Part shown: piece after piece, positions 59,234 through 64,000 of the stretch
Position numbering within the stretch: position 1 is the stretch's first letter
How the letters are laid out: the number at the start of each line of letters is the position of its first letter
Assembly: GCA_012295275.1 (NCBI GenBank)
Contig: CM022668.1
Span: forward strand, 15,872,001-15,936,000
Origin: Chrysomallon squamiferum
Lineage: Eukaryota; Animalia; Mollusca
Direction: 5' to 3'
Length of the DNA: 64,000 nucleotides
Notes under the pieces: model-generated
The model's database searches: none
What the model was told of the DNA's origin: nothing
The model's input: only the letters and a program-made list of their open reading frames with translations
Translations under genes and position numbers: made by a program

Positions 59234-59295
59234 CTGGGATTTAATGTACTCTACCTCGAACTAACAGACGACAACCAGCGGCTCTTTTATTCTTC
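59234..59295 (-). promoter_or_regulatory. Candidate short non-coding first exon / core promoter of phnX
   Basis: Small CpG-containing block (ccgctggttgtcgtctgttagttcgag on the minus strand), preceded by a TATA-like AATAAAAG and followed by a donor site. Confidence 0.35.
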
Positions 59296-60289
59296 ACTGT
59301 TTAATCTATCTATGCATGCAGTTGTCTCCCTTCAGTATTAAATGGTTTCACAACCTAATTATTATTTTTATTTTTATTTTATTTTATTTATGTATTTATT
59401 TTAATCATCATTATTAAATCTTATTATTAAGGTGAATATATCAGAAATATATAAAAATATATGTATTTATTAGATAAGTATTGCAGCTTAGTAGTTTTCG
59501 TAAATGAAATGTTCAGTCAGTGATGGAGTTTATGCAGAAGGACGGTGTTTTCCTACTTTAAATTTTCAAGTTTTTGTCCAATTTCAGTACTAGAGTAGTT
59601 GTATACAGTTTTTTTTTAGAAATCCTTTGTCAGTTTTCTTGCAATTAAAATTATCTTATTTATTTTCTATAATTATAACTGCATATTTTTACCAGTGGTG
59701 TTGTTGTTGTTCTTATTATTGATATTTTATTATTATTATTATTGTTGGTGTTGTCGTTGATAAAAAATACTAAAATAAATGTGTTAATAATCTTTTACAC
59801 GATCCTCTTGAAATGGAAATTATTAAAATGGACACAAATTAGGATAGATAATAGATAACAATATTTTTTTCTATCAGCGGCTCCCAGTAACAAACTGCAT
59901 TTTCAGATTACAAAATTTTCTCTGTGAGAAACTTGCGGGGTCTGTCCTTCTCCCTCCTTCCTAAACTTAACCTCACAGGCTTTATTGTATCCCTATTGCT
60001 AAAACTCATTTCCACCTCAGGTTATAGTGGTACCGTAGCAGAAGCAGTTGTTTTTGTTGTTGTTGTACATTCTTGCAATTTATCGTTTTAAATGGTTTTG
60101 TTGATCATCCTTAGTCAAAATTAATTATATGTATATAAATAATAAAAAGGCGGTGTCATCAAATAGTAAACTATTATTTTTTGTCTTTGTTTTGCCCCTC
60201 GAGATAAGTCTAACGATGTTTATGTGGATTGCAACCAAACATACAGCCTAAACATACAAACACGATTCAAACTCCAGGATTCGAACACC

Positions 60290-60323
<34 letters not shown>

Positions 60324-60736
60324 AATAATAACAACAATAATAATAATAATAAATAAATAAATAAATAAATACAGTTTAATGATGCTATTTTACACAAATA
60401 TGGAGACTCATGAATACATAAAACACTGTGCGAAAACCGACGCAGTTAACAATTAATATAATTATACTTTAAAACAGATGTTTATATACATTTCTAATTT
60501 TATTAGTTGTATCGTGTGATGAATAATCTTTTTAAAAATTAGTGAGTAAAATATTATTAAATCTTATTTATATTTATTTTATTTTACTTTATATATATTT
60601 TTATTTCTTTTTCTTGAAGTCGAAAACTGAGAAAAGCTTATCCCGATGAATGCTGAAATTAATATACAATCTTATAATATTTAATTGGGGAGTGGCAAAT
60701 AAATAAATAAATAAATAAATAGATTCAATTTGAAGG

Positions 60737-60767
<31 letters not shown>

Positions 60768-60849
60768 ATTACTTAGAAACATTTGGATGAATAAAATTTA
60801 ATTTTTATCTTAGAAGAAAGGAGTGATAAATTTAGAAAGTGTTTAACAT

Positions 60850-61078
60850 AGTTTGCTGACGTAATAGAGGCGGGACACATCCGGGGATTCTTAATGGCGT
60901 TTCGCGCTTTTCGGATTGTTTTACTATGTTACTGCGACAAATCATGGTCGGTCTTCTAGATAAAACAGCCAATCCAGTTCTGATTTCTACTCACGTGGTG
61001 TCTGAGAGCGGGAATCTGCCGCACGGAATGGTTATTTTGGTGGGTGATTAGAAGAGTGCGAGAAGTTTATGGATCATG
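60850..61078 (+). promoter_or_regulatory. CpG-rich promoter and first exon of a plus-strand gene
   Basis: Within about 170 bp: TGACGTAA (60857-60864), GGCGGGAC (60869-60876), AATGGCG (60893-60899), E2F site TTTCGCGC (60900-60907), AGCCAATC (60967-60974), CACGTG (60992-60997) and GCGGGAA (61008-61014). A donor ATG|GTAATC follows with GT at 61079-61080. Confidence 0.65.
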
Positions 61079-61380
61079 GTAATCATTATTCTTTATTTTA
61101 CTTTAACTATTTATTTCTTGTCTGTGATAATTATAGATTTAAATTTTGTCTGATTAGTGAAGTTAGATTTTTATGCTTGCGCTAGTGTAGAACCGGTAAA
61201 TGAGAAATCGTCTGCTGAACAAAGTTACAAAATGTATGTTATTCCCGCTCACATTCATCACTATTAGAGCTTCGTATTTTACAAAATTATAAAATATAAT
61301 TAAAAGAATAATAACAACAATATTATTATGATTATGATTATTATTATTATTATTATTATTATTAATTTTTTTTTTTTTTT

Positions 61381-61416
<36 letters not shown>

Positions 61417-61619
61417 AAATTTGGTATCATTTCAGTTCTGTATTTTCTGTAGCATGGACCAATGACTTTTAAAAATAAAAATTGGAAACTCATTGTTTGC
61501 ATACATAATAGTACCTGTTTTAGTGAACATTTTATTTTTAGTAAATTTAATTTGTCGGACCTATCATTTGAAAAAAAAAAAAAATTGTTGTAAAACTGAT
61601 TCAAGCGTTATAATGAATG

Positions 61620-62706
61620 TACCAAAGCAATCGTTCAAATAACGTGATCAATTTGCTTTGTAAATGCGACCTTTAATGCATTGAAAATTAAATATATATA
61701 TATAAAAAGAAAATTTCTCCTCAATGGTTTCATCTATCGTTTTACAAGGCATTGATATATAGAAAGAAATATGTCTATGGAGTTTTAGCAGAGTAACATG
61801 TCCACATTATGGTACATAATGAGAATAGTCATTTTCATATTCACGCGCAATTGTCTGTAAAAATTATTTTTTTTATTTTATTTTTTGGCTCGCGACGTCG
61901 TAATAATATCTGAAAAAAATTTGTATTTATGTACGAGATGGTATGACGTCAAAGTTACCAAGAAAAAAAAAAGTTTCGACCTTTGCAGCAATTTCTCCTC
62001 AATAATAGACATCTATGTATACGAGGCATTGATTAAATGACATATTTCCCAAATTACTTTTAATAATATATGTAGAATTGATTGCATTATGAAGGCATAC
62101 GTATTTAAACATTTGTAAACACTAAACGGCGTTTGACACTGTCATATTGGATTTCGATCGGAAGTTTACGTGAGCTCACGGACATTTTTAAACTTCCAGA
62201 TTAAATTATTTTGCGTCTACTTTTCAGAACTTTTATGATTTACACTGATAAAGATAAGGATTGTCGTTCATATTACCAAACCATGATGTAACGCGCCTTT
62301 TCTAACTACTTTTTCAACTTAATTAAACTTTTCAAACTGGATTATTTTTGTGTAATTGCGTGCATCATAAACTGAAATTATAATGTTGAATAAGATTAAT
62401 GTATTAACTTTTGTAGTTATCAATGTTCCCCCCTCCCAGAATCCAGCAAAAAAAAGCACTTTTTGGGATTGTTTGTATCCATTAAATCGGCGAGATTTCA
62501 TGAGGCTTTTTTCCGTGACGTAATTTGTGCCGTTACGAGTTATCGTTCCTGTTGGTCCATGCAATTTTCACTAGAATTGTTAATTCGATCAAATAATAAT
62601 AATAATTATTAATATTAGTTTTTATTGTATAATAAAACAAAAAAAATATAATTAAAATTTTAACGATAAAGCATAACAACAACTGCCATATTTCTGGGGC
62701 TGAATA

Positions 62707-62746
<40 letters not shown>

Positions 62747-63400
62747 CATTTATTGATGATTTAACAACTCTTTAATATAGTTTTTAATACTAATGCTAAA
62801 TGATGCCAGGTTACTCGGTACCACTTTTTTCAGAAATGGCAAATTCCCAACCTCCAAATATACACTAATTTACCATAATGTTTAAAAGCAGAAAGATCAA
62901 ATATGTTTATTTTATTAGGAGAATTTCTTATAAAGACATAAATAAATATGCGAAAATAAACGAAACAGAATTCAGGTTATTACACTGAATAGCTCATTTA
63001 AATAGAACACTGAGACCTATTTTTAGGTATGTGACAAAATTTTCAAAATTTTTAAATTTTTTCCGCATTATATCTCATTAAAGCAAAAAATACATATTAA
63101 AATGACATCAAAATCTCTTTGATAACATTGATAAGAAAAAAGTTATGAATCTTTATTGGAATACAATTTGAAGGTATTTTTCCTTCATAATCTACTGAGA
63201 AAGTGGTAAGTTTCTGTCATTTTTCAGAATAAACACTGAATATCTCATAGCTTCGATCCACTATACATGTATTATATATCAAAATGAATCTTTTTTTATG
63301 AGTTCTAAACCTATACTGTATTTTTAAGCAAGTTGCTAGTACTCATGAATTTTAATTAATTAATTAATTAACAGAATTAATTAGCTGGAATTCACTGTAC
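61620..63400. mobile_element. Possible remnants of non-autonomous DNA transposons in the first intron of the plus-strand gene
   Basis: Internal diverged duplication aatttctcctcaat...catctat...ac.aggcattgat near 61712 and 61990, and a composition unlike the flanks. No terminal inverted repeats or target-site duplication identified. Confidence 0.25.
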
Positions 63401-63767
63401 ACCAATGTTTGTCAACACTGGTTTGAGCCAATCAAAAAGATCTGTTGACATCACATGACCTGAACTGACTCCACATTAAGAAATCCACAAATGCATTTAA
63501 AAACTGAATGAAACATCAGGTTTTATTCTCATGTGATCATTAACATTTTTATCTAGAGTATTTACATTGCACAAAACTGCAATCAAAGTAATTTCATATC
63601 ACATATGTTTCAACATCAATTCCAACAGTAACTTCCACAGTTTGAGATTTCATTCTTTGCATTTTTACCAGATACACATTCACTTCACTGATTCAGTTAT
63701 GCAAACACTTTTAACTTATGCATGTTTTGTTTGTAGAGTATTTAATTTTTAACACATTTCCTTGCAG

Positions 63768-63916
63768 TTCATCTAAGAATCCTACTGCAATGAGAAAGCA
63801 CTCGTTTGACCAAAATTCAACAGATAAATTGAAACCAAAAGATTTCTTGCATTCAGGGGTAATAGGAGCAGAAGTGACACTAAATGCAGAAATTGTGAAA
63901 GAGGACAATTAAAATG
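63768..63916 (+). other. Probable internal exon (149 nt), mostly 5'-UTR, ending in a start codon
   Basis: Acceptor catttccttgcAG (AG at 63766-63767) and donor AAAATG|GTAAGA (GT at 63917-63918). All three frames contain a stop, so it cannot be a fully coding exon. ATG 63914-63916 has A at -3. Confidence 0.55.
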
Positions 63917-64000
63917 GTAAGAAAATATTTCACTTATTTGATGCGTTAGTTACATTCATTAGTTGTATACTGAAATTACTGCTTATTTAATATATTTTTG

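Overview
This window is AT-rich animal DNA, not prokaryotic. It is dense in microsatellites, minisatellites and decayed tRNA-derived SINE fragments. The SINE pieces resemble, from memory only, a gastropod mollusc family. Almost every ORF in the supplied track is a translation of simple repeats. The one convincing protein-coding gene is a minus-strand phosphonoacetaldehyde hydrolase (phosphonatase, PhnX, HAD superfamily) at 57817-58659. Its CDS has no intron, but a clear splice acceptor sits 7 nt before the ATG and a probable 5' non-coding exon lies upstream, so it looks like an integrated host gene encoding a bacterial-type C-P bond-cleaving enzyme. About 1.6 kb upstream, head-to-head, is a CpG-rich promoter (E2F, CCAAT, E-box, CRE-like sites) of a plus-strand gene. 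That gene's probable second exon carries a 40-codon uORF and ends in ATG|GT. The remaining ~56 kb has no recognisable coding exon. It is CpG-depleted, with scattered CpG-rich, motif-dense islands: a perfect CTCF site, GATA/HNF4/Fox/KLF modules, RFX X-boxes and a D-box tandem array. It also holds a few short candidate minus-strand exons. I read it as the long regulatory or intronic region of a gene whose coding part lies outside the window, but that is inference.
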